From an uncultured Armatimonadetes bacterium (GTDB taxonomy: Bacteria > Armatimonadota > Hebobacteria > Hebobacterales > Hebobacteraceae): 64,000 nt of DNA. The notes below the pieces were generated by a model, which did not search any database, was not told the origin of the DNA, and saw only the letters and a list, made by a program, of their open reading frames with translations. Positions 31,130 through 42,159 of the stretch are shown here, piece after piece. The position numbers were made by a program, and so were the translations under genes. The stretch covers positions 3,712,001-3,776,000 of the forward strand of contig OY970296.1 in assembly GCA_963716175.1 (NCBI GenBank). The letters run 5' to 3'. Numbering within the stretch: the first letter of the stretch is position 1; the number at the start of each line of letters is the position of its first letter.

Positions 31130-32451
31130 CCTCCTCTTCCTCCGGGCTGCGCACCACCCGCACGCGCAGAATGCGATTCTCCGAAACCGCCTCCACCGTG
31201 AACTCCAGGTTCCGCCAGCTCACCTTCTCGCCCACCACCGGAAGTCGGCCCAGCTGCTCGAGGATGAACCCGCCCACGCTGTCGAAATCACCCTCCGGGA
31301 GGGCCACGCCCAGCCGGTCATCAATCTCATCTGTGCTCACCCGAGCATCCACGATCAGCGTATCCTCGGAGACCACGCGCACCGGCTCCGCCTCCACGTC
31401 GTACTCGTCCCGCAGCTCGCCGAAGATCTCCTCCAGCAGGTCCTCGATGGTGACCAGCCCGGCCGTCCCGCCGTACTCGTCAATCACGATCGCCATGTGG
31501 AGGCGGCCGCGCTGCATCAGGCGCAGCACTTCACTCACCTTCTTGCTCTCCGGCACCACCGGCACCGGCTTGCGCGCGATCTCGGCCGCGGTGAGGCCCG
31601 CGCCGTCGCTCTCCAGCGCCACCACGATGTCCTTCGCATAGACGATGCCGATGATGTGGTCCACGTCCTTCTCGTAGACCGGCAAGCGGGAGTAGCCGCT
31701 CTCCGCGCTCACCCGCGCCGCCTCCAGCAGTGTCGCCTTCGCCGGCAGGCAAGCTATGTCGGTGCGCGGTGTCATCACCTCTCGCGCCACCATGTCGGCG
31801 AACTCGATCACGCCGCGGATCATCTCCTTCTCTTCCTCTTCGATCCCCCCCTCGGCCTCCCCCACCGAGACCAGGGCCATCATCTCCTCGTCGGAGTAGC
31901 TCGGCTTGGCCGCCGTCACTTCCCCTCCGAACACCGGAGTCACCAGATACCTGATCAGCCACAGCGCCACCAGATAGAGCACATGGCCGAAGGGCCGGAG
32001 CAGGCTGTGGATGAAGCTGAGCAGGGGTGCCGCGGCCAGGCCCACTGGCTCCGCTCGCCGCATGGCATAGGTCTTCGGCGTAAGCTCACACAGCACCAGT
32101 ATCACCAGGATCATGCCGAGCGCGCTCGAGCGGCACCCAACGCTGGCTGCCTCCGGAGAGGCGAATGGTGAGTTCCGTGGTGTAGGCCGAGGCCACGATC
32201 ACGGAGGCGTTGATCAGGAGTACCAACGAGCTGAGCACCTCTTGCCTGTGCTCCAGCAACCTCTCCAGCCAGCCTGACCCGCGCCGCTTCTCGCTTGCCA
32301 ATTGCCGCGCCCGGCTCAGCTCCACACGCACGAGCGCGGCCTCCGAGAGCGAGCAGAAGGCGAGCAGTAGCAAGCAGACCGCGATCGCTGCCACCTGCCA
32401 GATGTAGGGGCGGAGCGCAAGCAGGAAGGAAGCTAAGCTGGGATCAGCCAT
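31101..32451 (-). CDS. Hemolysin family (CNNM/DUF21-CBS-CorC) protein, apparent frameshift near 32127
   Basis: FCSLSEAAL, ELTPK, AREVMTPR, GYSRLPVY, VIDEYGGTAGLVTIEDLLEEIFG, CorC_HlyC tail. Confidence 0.9.
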
Positions 32452-32481
32452 GGCTGGGCCCACTCTCTCCGGCGCGGGGCC

Positions 32482-33761
32482 TCATTCGCCCCCGCCTTGG
32501 CGCGGCTCTTTGCCGGCCTCGCCAGCCTGCGGCTTCCGCACCGCCAGCACGCGGAGATGCGGTAGCCCTGCCGTTCGTCCACGATCAGCCGCACTCCGTG
32601 CAGGTCGAGGGCCTGGCCCACCCTTGGAACCACTCCCAGGCGGCTGTACAGCAAACCCGCCAGGGAATCGTAGTCACCCTCTGGCAGCGGGAGGCCGAGG
32701 GCAGCCGAGGCCTCGCTGATGCTCATGCGGCCATCCAGGGCGATGGTTCCTCCCTCCAAGCGCTGCACCAGAGGCCGCACCACGTCATACTCGTCGTAGA
32801 TGTCCCCTACCACCTCCTCCAGCAGATCCTCCAGTGTCACCAGGCCCGCGGTCCCGCCGTATTCGTCCACCACGATGGCGAAGGTGCGGCGGTTGCGCCG
32901 GAAATCCGTCATCAGGTCACTCAGCCGCCTGGTCTCCGGCACGCGCAAGGCCGGCCTCATCACCTCGGTAACGGACACCTCCCCTCCCCCGGTAGCCAGC
33001 AGGGGAAGCACGTCCTTCACATACACCACGCCGACGATGTCATCGAGGTCCTGGCGGTACGCCGGCAGGCGGGAGATGCGGTGCTCCGTCGCCAGTTTCC
33101 CCGCCTCCCTGGCGGTGCCAGTCTCCGGGATCGCCACCATGGCGGTGCGCGGCACCATCACCTCTCGCGCGGCCTTATCGCCGAACTCGAAGATGTGGTG
33201 GATCATGGCCTTTTCCTCTTCCTCCAGGGCCCCGGCCTCGGCCTGCAGATCCACGATGGCGCGAATCTCCTGCTCGGTAACGGGCTCCTCCGGCCTGGGT
33301 CGGCCGCCCAGCAGCCAGACCAGGCCTTCGGCCATGAGGCCCATCGCCCGAGTCGGCACCCAAAGCAGCCCGGAGGCAATCCAGATCGGCACTACTGTGG
33401 CCCGCGCCACCCGCTCCACATTCGCCACCGCATAGCTGATAGGCACCGCCTCCGCGAACACCATCACCAGCATCACCACGGCCAGAATCGCCACCCACAC
33501 TGGCAGGCCGTGGGTGACCGCCAGGTCGGCGGCCATCGCCTCGGAGCTGTAGTTCAGGGCAGTGATCAGCACCAGCATGGTGCCCAACGTCACTGTCGGG
33601 CGAGAGAGGAGCCGCTCGGTCAGGGCCCCGGTCAGCCCGGTGGAGAGACGGCGGGCCCGGTGCCGGCCCAGCGCCAGCAGGCTGATCTCGGCGGCTGAGA
33701 ACAGCCCGGCGACCAGCAACAGCACCAGGATGACAAGAGCTATCAGCAGGTCGTTAGGCAT
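32482..33761 (-). CDS. Second hemolysin family (CNNM-CBS-CorC) paralog; probable frameshift near 32552 (true end RISRVLAVRK...GGE* at 32482)
   Basis: GLFSAAEISL, AREVMVPR, VVDEYGGTAGLVTLEDLLEEVVG; adding one C restores the canonical RIxRV C-terminal strand and removes overlap with the next gene. Confidence 0.88.
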
Positions 33762-33815
33762 GGGCCCTGTCGGCTCCCCGCGATAGCTGTCTCACCTGTC
33801 CGACCCTGTTGCCAT

Positions 33816-34529
33816 TCACCACCCTGCGCGCATCGCCAGCGCGCCGTAGAGCGCGAACCCGACCACCAGCGCCACTGCTGCGCCGATGAGCACTTCTCTC
33901 ACGGTATGAATGCCAGCATCCACCCGGCTCTGCGCCACCAGCACCGCCAGCGCAAATGCCAGGAAGCGCTCGATCACGCCCGGAGTGAGAAACCAGATGC
34001 TGACGAAGCAGAAGAAAGCCACCGCGCTGTGGGCGCTGATCACTCCACCCCGGGTCAGACTACCTCGCCCGCCCCAGAGCTTGGCGACGATCACCGCCAC
34101 CACCACCGTCACCACTCCCACCAGCAGGACATGCAGTGGATGGGGCCGCGGCCGCCCCACTCCTCGCAGCGCCTCCAGGGCCTCTGCGTTCAAGAAGACG
34201 CCGAGCACGATCAGCACCCCCATGACGATCGCCACCAACACCCCGGCGCCGCCCACGTCCTTGGCGATCTTGGCCAGGGGATGATACTCGGGGCTGACCA
34301 GATCCACCACAGTCTCGATGGCGCTGTTGATCACCTCGGCCAGCACCACCAGGGCGATCGCCAGGCAGAGCAGCAGCAGCTCCACCCGGCTCACCCGCAC
34401 CACCGCACTGGCCAGCAGCACCAGGGCGCCGATGAGGAGAAGCACGCGCACGTGCCAGTCTTTGTGCAGCACGTGCACCAGCCCCTCCACCGCATACCTC
34501 GTGCTTTCCAGCAGGTGGCGAGGCCTCAT
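33816..34529 (-). CDS. dgkA: Diacylglycerol/undecaprenol kinase fused to PAP2 phosphatase domain
   Basis: EVINSAIETVVDL, AKIAKDVGGAGV, then SAHSAVAF and QSRVDAGIH PAP2 motifs. Confidence 0.9.
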   Translation of the reverse strand: MRPRHLLESTRYAVEGLVHVLHKDWHVRVLLLIGALVLLASAVVRVSRVELLLLCLAIALVVLAEVINSAIETVVDLVSPEYHPLAKIAKDVGGAGVLVAIVMGVLIVLGVFLNAEALEALRGVGRPRPHPLHVLLVGVVTVVVAVIVAKLWGGRGSLTRGGVISAHSAVAFFCFVSIWFLTPGVIERFLAFALAVLVAQSRVDAGIHTVREVLIGAAVALVVGFALYGALAMRAGW

Positions 34530-35098
34530 CTGGTCGTCCGGGAGGGCGGATCGGTGACCTCTCCGCTCTTCTGGCTGCGGGAAGCCGGCGCCAGGTCGCA
34601 GGCCAACGCGGGATCTATCTCCCTCAGCAACGCCTCCGCGTGGCCCATCATCTGGCGCCGCTGCCCCAGGGTTCGGTCCTTCCATCCGGTGAGATGGAGG
34701 ATCCCGTGAATCAGCAGCAGCGCCAGCTCCGCCCTCACCGGGTGGCCCATGGCCCGTGCCTGCCGCTCCGCCGTTTCCACCGAGATCGCTACATCCCCCA
34801 GCAATGGGACGGGCCCGCCCCGGCCCGCTGGCCGCGCTACCGCGGGCACATGCCTCCCCGCCGACTGGGGGAACGCCAGCACATCCGTCGCCGCGTCCCG
34901 GCCCTTGTACCTCCGATTCAGATCCCGAATCCATTTGTCATCACCAATCGCCACACTCAGCTCGGCACCCGGCTCGCACCCCTCGGCCACCATCACGGCC
35001 CGAGCAATGCGAAGCAGCCGCGCCCCAAGGCGGCGGGCAACCGACGTCCGCCTTTGGTTGACCCGGGTCCTCGCTCTGCCGACCAGGACCACCGCCAC
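34526..35098 (-). CDS. ybeY: rRNA maturation RNase YbeY
   Basis: LNRRYKGRDAATDVLAF, LGDVAIS, HGILHLTGWKD. Confidence 0.92.
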   Translation of the reverse strand: MAVVLVGRARTRVNQRRTSVARRLGARLLRIARAVMVAEGCEPGAELSVAIGDDKWIRDLNRRYKGRDAATDVLAFPQSAGRHVPAVARPAGRGGPVPLLGDVAISVETAERQARAMGHPVRAELALLLIHGILHLTGWKDRTLGQRRQMMGHAEALLREIDPALACDLAPASRSQKSGEVTDPPSRTTR

Positions 35099-35104
35099 CC
35101 GCGG

Positions 35105-37231
35105 TCACTTCCCAGGCCCTGCCGCGACTGGCTCCGGGTACTCGATCCGGCTGTGGCAGAGCAGTCCCGAGAGCATGCGCGCCATGGTGGCCTCCACTGC
35201 CGCCACATCCCGGAAGGTGAGTTCGCACTCTCCCAGTTGCCCGTCAACGACGCGGTCCCGGATCAGGTCGCGCACCAACTGCTGCACGCGCTGTGGGGTG
35301 GGATCGGGCAGCGCCTTCGCCGCCGCCTGCACCGAGTCGGCGAGCATCACCAGTGCCGCCTCTTTGCTCTGGGGCAAGGGGCCCGGGTAGCGGAACTGAT
35401 CCTCGGTCACGCCCTCCGGGCGTTCGCCGGTAAGGGCCTGCTGGTAGAAGAAGCTGACCAGGGTGGTCCCATGATGCTGGGAGACGATATCCACTATCTC
35501 CGGGGGCAGGCGATGCTGCCGCGCCAGCTCCACCCCATCCTTGACATGGGACAGGATAATCAACCCGGACAAGGAGGAGGAGAGCCGGTCGTGAACATTC
35601 GCCAGGCCCAGGATGCCCTGGTTCTCGACAAAGAAGGGGGGCCGCGCCAGCTTGCCGATATCGTGATAGAGCGCGCCCACCCGCGCCAGCAGGCCATCGG
35701 CGCCCGCTGCCTGGGCCCCGGCGTCGGCCAGGTCAGCCACCATCACCGAAGCGTAGTAGGTGCCTGGGGCCTCCGTCTGCAGGCGGCGGAGCAGCGGATG
35801 CTGCGGGTTGGACAGCTCGAGCAGGCCGAGGTGAGTCGTGATGCCGAATGCGCGCTGCAGCAGGACGATGCCTCCCAGACTCAGGGCAGCTACACCCGGG
35901 CTGTAGAGGATGCTGGCCAGTCCCGCCTCGTGCATTATCGCGACCCAAGGCCGACCCTGGAGCAGACCACCTGCAGAGACCAACACCAGGTTCGTCAAGG
36001 CCATGATGCTCACCATCCAGCGCAGCCGCGACACCGGCCATAGATGAGAGACATAGCTCAGCGCCACCACTGCACTGCCCAGGGACAGCACGGCCGCGAT
36101 GAGGCCGCCGTTTGTCATCAGGCCCACCAGGAAGCTCAGAGCCACCGCCAGCGCCAGCCCTACCTCTTGGGCCAGCAGGGTCGCTGCCAGCAGGGTGGCC
36201 GTCGGCACCATCAGCATCCAGGCATTAGGAAGGGAAAGCGCCAACAGGTTGGTGGTAAAGAGAGCGACCACTACCAGCAGCGAAAGCAGCAGCAGCTGCT
36301 TGGGCCGCTCGTAGACCCGCCCTGCCCACTGCCGGGTCTGGGCGCCCAGCACCAGCACGATCAGGGCCACGATCAGGCCGATGGCCAGGGACCGGCGGTA
36401 GCTCAGCCCCGGGCCCCGCAGCCCCACCGCGTCCAGCATCGCCAGATGCCGGCGGGTGACCCGCTCCCCGGGCGCCAGGATCACATGGTCGGCGGCGATG
36501 GTCCGCTCCACTTCCTGCACCCGCGCCCCGGCCTCCTTCCGCGCCGCGTTCGTCGCCTCCTCGTCATAGACCCGATTGGGCGCCACCTCCCGCACCACTA
36601 CCGCCGCGAGCAGAGCGGCCGCAGGCCCTTGCTCTGGCTGACGCGCCAACGCTGCCGCGGCCTCTCGCGCCGACCGCAGATCGGCCGTGCCCTCCCTGAT
36701 CTCCCGGGACATCACCTGCTGCAGGATTCCGCCCGCCCGCCGCCGCAGCGCCTCCAGTCTGTCCGGGGAGGCCTCCTCGGCCCAGGCCAGCGCGTCGGCG
36801 GGCAGGCCGGAGACCCGCGGCACAGAGCCCGGCAGGGCCGGCTTGGTGCTTGCGGCCACCAGCGCCTCGAAGACGCCGTCCACCCGCTGCTCAGCATCGG
36901 CGAGGGCGAAGGGCAGGGGAGCATACTGAGGCGACAGCGAGGCCCGCCGCTCGGCCTCCCGGCGCAGCCGCGCCGTCTCATCGGGGTCCACGTACTGGGC
37001 GGTGCGAGGCGCCCGGATCAGTGCCGGGCTGGGCTCCCCCGGGCGGAGCGACACCCGCCCTGGGAAGAGGTTATACCCGAGCAGGATCAGAGTCCCCGCG
37101 GCCCACGTGAACAGCCCGAGTGCAATGCGTGCCCACGTGACCAAGGCGGCGGGGCTGCGACGCCCGCCTCTCGCGGCGAGACTCCAACTCCGCCCGCCGT
37201 TGGCACGGCGGGCGCTGCGGGCGCGACTCAT
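35105..37231 (-). CDS. pgpH: 7TM-HD phosphohydrolase (PgpH/YqfF family, c-di-AMP phosphodiesterase-like)
   Basis: N-terminal TM, extracellular domain, multi-TM region, EAPGT, YHDIGK, FFVENQ, QHHGT, FRYPGP, MLADS; conserved phoH-pgpH-ybeY-dgkA synteny. Confidence 0.85.
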   Translation of the reverse strand: MSRARSARRANGGRSWSLAARGGRRSPAALVTWARIALGLFTWAAGTLILLGYNLFPGRVSLRPGEPSPALIRAPRTAQYVDPDETARLRREAERRASLSPQYAPLPFALADAEQRVDGVFEALVAASTKPALPGSVPRVSGLPADALAWAEEASPDRLEALRRRAGGILQQVMSREIREGTADLRSAREAAAALARQPEQGPAAALLAAVVVREVAPNRVYDEEATNAARKEAGARVQEVERTIAADHVILAPGERVTRRHLAMLDAVGLRGPGLSYRRSLAIGLIVALIVLVLGAQTRQWAGRVYERPKQLLLLSLLVVVALFTTNLLALSLPNAWMLMVPTATLLAATLLAQEVGLALAVALSFLVGLMTNGGLIAAVLSLGSAVVALSYVSHLWPVSRLRWMVSIMALTNLVLVSAGGLLQGRPWVAIMHEAGLASILYSPGVAALSLGGIVLLQRAFGITTHLGLLELSNPQHPLLRRLQTEAPGTYYASVMVADLADAGAQAAGADGLLARVGALYHDIGKLARPPFFVENQGILGLANVHDRLSSSLSGLIILSHVKDGVELARQHRLPPEIVDIVSQHHGTTLVSFFYQQALTGERPEGVTEDQFRYPGPLPQSKEAALVMLADSVQAAAKALPDPTPQRVQQLVRDLIRDRVVDGQLGECELTFRDVAAVEATMARMLSGLLCHSRIEYPEPVAAGPGK

Positions 37232-38237
37232 CTGGTCGGCGGCCCCTCAGCTCCGGAGCCTTCCCTTCTGCCGGAACGACCGGCCTCGTGCTGGTCGTAG
37301 GCCTGTATGATGCGCTGCACCAACTCGTGCCGCACTACATCCTGATCCGAGAAATAGACGAACGCGATCCCGGGGATGCCAGGCAGGATCTCGCGCACGT
37401 GGTTGAGGCCGGAGACTTGGCCCCGGGGGAGATCCGTCTGCGTGATGTCCCCGGTGACCACGGCCTTGGAGCCGAACCCGAGCCGGGTGAGGAACATCTT
37501 CATCTGCTCCGGCGTGGTGTTCTGGGCCTCGTCCAGGATGATGAAGGAGTCGTTCAGCGTCCGCCCTCGCATGAATGCCAGCGGCGCCACCTCGATCATG
37601 CCCCGCTCCACCATGCGCTGCGCCTTCTCGAGATCCATCATGTCATAGAGCGCGTCGAACAGAGGCCGCAGGTACGGGTCCACCTTGGCCGCGATATCCC
37701 CCGGGAGGAAGCCCAGCTTCTCTCCCGCCTCCAGCGCCGGACGGGTGAGCATCACCCGCGACGCGCGCCGGTCTCGCAGCGCGCTCACCGCCATCGCCAT
37801 TGCCAGATACGTCTTCCCGGTCCCGGCGGGGCCGATAGCGAAGGTCAGGTCGGCATGCGCCATCGCCTCTACATACCGCGCTGGGTCTGGGTGTGGGGCT
37901 TGATGGGCTTGCCGCGTTCGGTAACGAGCACCACATCCGAGAACAGCACCTCTTCCGCCTGCGCACGGCCGCTCCCCACCAAGCGGGCGGCGTATTCCAC
38001 CTCACCCGTGGTGATCGGATGCCCCATCTGAACCAGCTTGCGCAGCTCCCCCAGCAGCTCGGTCGCACGCGCCACCTGCTCCCGAGTGCCGCGCACTCGA
38101 ATCTCATTGCCACGGGCCCCGATGTGCGCGCCCAGCTCGCGCTCGATCAGGCGTAGGTTCTCGTCGTGGGTGCCCGCAAGCGCGACCGCCTCCTCGTTGT
38201 CCGCGAGGACCAGCTTGGTCTCCGAGGCCTGCTCCAT
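37228..38237 (-). CDS. phoH: PhoH family ATPase, apparent frameshift near 37878
   Basis: [57 protein letters not shown]. Confidence 0.94.
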
Positions 38238-38441
38238 CCCACCGGCGGGCCGAGCTCTGCTCGCGCCCGAAGGCGGCGAATGGCCTGATCTGGATTGGCG
38301 ATTAGAATCCGTGATTGGGTTCAGCCTCGTCAGCTGCTATGCGTGCGGAGGGACGGTGCTGCGGACGGCTCATGCGGCAGAGGCACTGCCGGTAGCTCAG
38401 GAATCCCCCCGAGGGCCCGCTCCGGGCGGGCCCGCCCTCAA

Positions 38442-38471
38442 GCAAAACAGAAGCCCGCCGGAGGCGGGCAT
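38442..38471 (-). terminator. Rho-independent terminator after rpsU
   Basis: Minus strand GCCCGCC-TCC-GGCGGGC followed by TTCTGTTTT. Confidence 0.6.
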
Positions 38472-38494
38472 CTGCTCCCGTCATCAGTTTTCGC

Positions 38495-38692
38495 TCACTC
38501 GCTGCTGCGGCGTCTTTCCGCTCGGCGGCTCCGCCTGATGGCGGCCGCCAGCAACCGGCGCCGTTTGTCGCTCGGTTTCTCGTAGCGCTCGTGGCGCTTC
38601 GCCGCCTCCAGCACGCCGTGCTGGTGCAGCTCTCGCTTGAAGCGCCTCAGCGCGCTATCTATCGACTCGTTGTCGCGAACTTCGACAGTCAA
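38495..38692 (-). CDS. rpsU: 30S ribosomal protein S21
   Basis: VEVRDNESIDSALRRFKR...YEKPS. Confidence 0.95.
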   Translation of the reverse strand: MTVEVRDNESIDSALRRFKRELHQHGVLEAAKRHERYEKPSDKRRRLLAAAIRRSRRAERRRSSE

Positions 38693-38824
38693 CGCTCTCC
38701 CCCCCTTCTCCTCTAATCAGACTGCAAGGGCGGGCACGGGGATGCCCGCCTTCCGTCACCGCGGACCGCTGGCGCTCCAGCACCCCACCCCCGGGCTGGA
38801 CCGCGCCGGCTCATGATCGCGCTG

Positions 38825-38854
38825 ATTATAGCAGGGGCCCCCGACCCTTGTCAA
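38825..38854 (-). promoter_or_regulatory. Consensus sigma70 promoter for rpsU
   Basis: TTGACA-18 bp-TATAAT with extended -10 TG. Confidence 0.75.
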
Positions 38855-38876
38855 ATCCGGGCGTGGGCCACCGTAT

Positions 38877-39221
38877 CTAGCCCGGCGGCCACCCCAGCCG
38901 GCGGCCCCCCAGGAGGTGGAAGTGCACGTGATCTACCGACTGCCCCGCCTCCGGGCCGCAGTTCGCCACCAGGCGGAATCCGGTTTCGGCGACCCCCTCC
39001 TCCTCGGCGATTTGTGCGGCTACCCGCACAAGATGGCCCAGGATCATCTCGTTCTCCGCCGATAGATCGCGCAATGATGAGATGTGGGATCGTGGGATTA
39101 TCAACAGGTGTGAAGGAGCCTGTGGATTCCGGTCGCGAAACGCCACAGCCGTGTCGTCGCTGTAGACCAACGGGGCCGGCACTTCACCAGATGCTATCCG
39201 GCAGAAAATGCAGTCTGGCAC
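38877..39221 (-). CDS. hinT: Histidine triad (HIT/Hint) nucleotide-binding protein
   Basis: DCIFCRI, AFRDRNPQAPSH, GQSVDHVHFHLLGGRRLGWPPG. Confidence 0.93.
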   Translation of the reverse strand: MPDCIFCRIASGEVPAPLVYSDDTAVAFRDRNPQAPSHLLIIPRSHISSLRDLSAENEMILGHLVRVAAQIAEEEGVAETGFRLVANCGPEAGQSVDHVHFHLLGGRRLGWPPG

Positions 39222-39247
39222 CACCGCCTCCTTGCCGGCCAGCAGCG

Positions 39248-40066
39248 TCACTCGAGCCGCAGCCGCAGCAGTTCCCGCGCATTCTCCCACGCAATCGCCT
39301 CTCTCTCCTGCTGGCTCAGGTCGAGTCGGCAGAGGCGATCCAGGTCTCTGCCCGGATGGCCCCAGGGGAAATCGGTGGCGAAAAGGATGCGCTGGGAGCC
39401 GTGCCGGCGGATCAGCGATACCATTGCTTCATCGCTCAGCTCACTCGGCGGGCAGTACGAGGTGTCGAAATAGATATCTCGCGCCAAGAGATGGTCTCTC
39501 ACCTGGTCCCACATCTGGTATCCGCCCAGGTGGGCCAGCACCAGGGTGAGCCGCGGGAAGGCCTCATGCAGCTGCGCCAGCGCCGCGGGCTGGGCATAGA
39601 CGCGCTCCAGAGGCGCGATCTCCTGACCGCTGTGAAACAGCACCACCAGCCGGCCCTGCGCCGCCTCGTAGGCCGGCCAGAGTCGCCGGTCATCAGGAGA
39701 GAACTGCTGGAAATTCGGCTGGCACTTGATCCCTTTGAGCCCCAACGCGATCACGCGCTCCACCTCGGCGCTGACATCCGGCAGGTCGGGATGGAGCGCA
39801 CCGAAGCAGATGATCCGCTGCGAGCTGTTCTCTGCCGCCCAATCGTTGATGGACCGCACCTGATCAGGCCGGGTGGCCACCGGCGCCACCACCGATGCCT
39901 CCACTCCAACCTCATCCATCACCCCGAGCAGCCCTGCGATGGTCGGCTCCGCCACCGGGTGCACCTGGTAGCTCTCGGTGAGTGAGGCCACCGCGCGGGC
40001 TGCTACCTTCTCCGGGAAGGCGTGAGTGTGGAAATCCACCACATGCCTGGGCCGACGGTCATTCAT
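39248..40066 (-). CDS. Amidohydrolase family protein (Amidohydro_2)
   Basis: DFHTHAFP, GLKGIK, FHSG, LAHLGG, YFDTS, ILFATDFPW. Confidence 0.85.
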   Translation of the reverse strand: MNDRRPRHVVDFHTHAFPEKVAARAVASLTESYQVHPVAEPTIAGLLGVMDEVGVEASVVAPVATRPDQVRSINDWAAENSSQRIICFGALHPDLPDVSAEVERVIALGLKGIKCQPNFQQFSPDDRRLWPAYEAAQGRLVVLFHSGQEIAPLERVYAQPAALAQLHEAFPRLTLVLAHLGGYQMWDQVRDHLLARDIYFDTSYCPPSELSDEAMVSLIRRHGSQRILFATDFPWGHPGRDLDRLCRLDLSQQEREAIAWENARELLRLRLE

Positions 40067-40874
40067 CGCCCTGCTCCTCGGGAAGCTGGAACAGACGGCG
40101 GGCATTCGCGTTCGCGGCCTCCACCAAGTCTGTGCTGCTCATCCCTCGCACCTCCGCCAGTCGCCGCGCGACCAGGGGCAGATTGGCCGGCTCATTGTCA
40201 GCTTTGCGCCGCGGCTCGGGCGCCAGGTAGGGGGCGTCGGTCTCCAGCAGCAGCCGGTCGAGCGGCACCCCGGCCGCGATCTCTCGCAGCTCGGCCGACC
40301 GCGGGTAGGTGATCACCCCGGTGAACCCCAGCGCCATTCCCAGGGCCAGCGCCGCCTCCGCCTGTTCGCGGGTCCCGTCGAAGCAGTGCCAGACGCCGGC
40401 CGGCGGCCGGCCGGCACGCTCCCGCAGTATGCTCAGGACAGCGTCCTGAGCCGCCCGACAGTGCACCACCAGAGGCAGAGCCACCTCCTCGGCCAGCGCC
40501 AGATGGCGCCGGAAGCTCTCCTCCTGGGTCGGCCGTGGTGAGAGATCGCGGTAGAAATCCAGGCCGGTCTCGCCGATCGCGACCACTCGTCGAGACCGGA
40601 CCAGCTTGCGCAGGCGCGCCATCGCCTGCGCGTCGCAGGTGCTGGCATCGTGGGGATGGATTCCCGCCGTCGCCCACAGCCCGCGATGCTCTTCGGCCAA
40701 CCTCACTGCCACCTCGCTGCTGGGCAGGTCGTAGCCAACCACGACCATCTCCGTGACGCCGACGGCGCGGGCGCGAGCGAGCACGGCCTCCAGATGACGG
40801 AGAAGCCGCGGGTGGTTGAGGTGAGTGTGGGTGTCTATGGCGCGCGTGCGGCGAATCGCCGCCTGACTGCTCAA
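40059..40874 (-). CDS. tatD: TatD family hydrolase
   Basis: DTHTHL, GIHPH, AIGETGLDF, VVHCR, LLETDAPYLAP, NEPA. Confidence 0.95.
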   Translation of the reverse strand: MSSQAAIRRTRAIDTHTHLNHPRLLRHLEAVLARARAVGVTEMVVVGYDLPSSEVAVRLAEEHRGLWATAGIHPHDASTCDAQAMARLRKLVRSRRVVAIGETGLDFYRDLSPRPTQEESFRRHLALAEEVALPLVVHCRAAQDAVLSILRERAGRPPAGVWHCFDGTREQAEAALALGMALGFTGVITYPRSAELREIAAGVPLDRLLLETDAPYLAPEPRRKADNEPANLPLVARRLAEVRGMSSTDLVEAANANARRLFQLPEEQGDE

Positions 40875-41365
40875 CCCCGGTCCGTTCTCGATGCCTGCTG
40901 CTCCGTCGCGACCTTCAAATCGAGCACCATTTTCATCCCATCGCGGCGCTGCCCGTAGTAATTGGGGATGAGACGCGCCCGTCGAAACCCAAAAGACTCG
41001 TAGAGTGACTGCGCCGCCCGGTTGTCTACGTTCACCTCCAGGTCGGCCTCGTCCACGTGGTGGGCCCGCAGATAGTCGAGGGAGTGCGCCACCAGCGCGC
41101 TCCCGACTCCGCTCCGCCGCCGGGCCGGATCCACCGCGATCGAGGTGATCCCACCTCTCTTGGTCCCGATCCAGCCCAGCCCCAGCCGCACCAGCGCGTA
41201 GCCAACCACGTGGCCCTGGTCATCCTCAGCCACGAACAGCCCCTTCCGGTCTCGGAACACGTGGGCCAGGAAGGTGCTGGCGCTGTAGCTGTCGGGCCCG
41301 AATGACACCCGCTCGATCTGCATCACCCGGGGAAGATCGCCCACTCTGAACCTGCGGATCAGCAC
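40871..41365 (-). CDS. rimI: RimI-like GNAT N-acetyltransferase
   Basis: SIAVDPARRRSGVG, LEVNVDNRAAQSLYESFGF, NYY. Confidence 0.75.
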   Translation of the reverse strand: MLIRRFRVGDLPRVMQIERVSFGPDSYSASTFLAHVFRDRKGLFVAEDDQGHVVGYALVRLGLGWIGTKRGGITSIAVDPARRRSGVGSALVAHSLDYLRAHHVDEADLEVNVDNRAAQSLYESFGFRRARLIPNYYGQRRDGMKMVLDLKVATEQQASRTDRG

Positions 41366-42153
41366 TGCTCGCCCACCTTCACGGCGACCACTTCGCCCGC
41401 CGAGACGCTGCGCGCCATACCCTCCCCCAGCAGCACCAGCGCGCCCTCTGCGTCAATCCCGCTCGCCCGCCCCCGCAGCTCCGCCGCGCCCACCACAACC
41501 GCCACGTCAACACCGCTCAGGGCATCCCGCTCCCGCCACCTCTCCACCAGGCCAGACCCGTCGCCCAGCACGAAGGGCCAGATCCGTTCGAGGTTCCCCA
41601 GCACCCGCGCCGCCATCGCCTCCAGCGGATGGTCGCGCCCGGTTGCGGCGCGCACTGAGGTGGCGCTGGAGCGCAAGGCCTGCGGCAGATCATCTAGAGA
41701 CACGTTGACATTCAGCCCCAGACTCAGCACCGCGGCCTCGACCTGGTCGCCGGCTACCTTTGTCTCAACCAGGACACCTCCGACCTTGCACCCGTCCAGC
41801 AGGATGTCATTGGGCCACTTCACCTTCGCCGGTGCGCCGCTCGCCTGCCAGACGGCCTCCGACGCGGCCAGGGCCATGGCCACGCCCAGCCGCCCCGCCT
41901 GCGTCACCGGGAGGTCCGGGTGACCGATCACCGACATCCACAGACCTCCCTCTGGCGAAGCCCACTCGCGCCCCAATCGGCCGCGAGCCCGGGTCTGCCG
42001 GTCGGCAATCACCAACGCGCCCTCTGGCGCTCCCACATGCAGCCACTGCCAGGCCACGTCAATGGTCGAACCGGTCTCGGCGAGCACGCGGCAAGCGCGG
42101 CCTAATCGGGTGGTCTGCAACTCCTGCAGGAATAGGTCAGCGGAGAAGCCCAC
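41359..42153 (-). CDS. birA: Biotin--[acetyl-CoA-carboxylase] ligase (no N-terminal HTH)
   Basis: QTRARGRLGREW, KWPNDI, KVGGVLVE, GLNVN. Confidence 0.92.
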   Translation of the reverse strand: MGFSADLFLQELQTTRLGRACRVLAETGSTIDVAWQWLHVGAPEGALVIADRQTRARGRLGREWASPEGGLWMSVIGHPDLPVTQAGRLGVAMALAASEAVWQASGAPAKVKWPNDILLDGCKVGGVLVETKVAGDQVEAAVLSLGLNVNVSLDDLPQALRSSATSVRAATGRDHPLEAMAARVLGNLERIWPFVLGDGSGLVERWRERDALSGVDVAVVVGAAELRGRASGIDAEGALVLLGEGMARSVSAGEVVAVKVGEQC

Positions 42154-42159
42154 TCCAGT

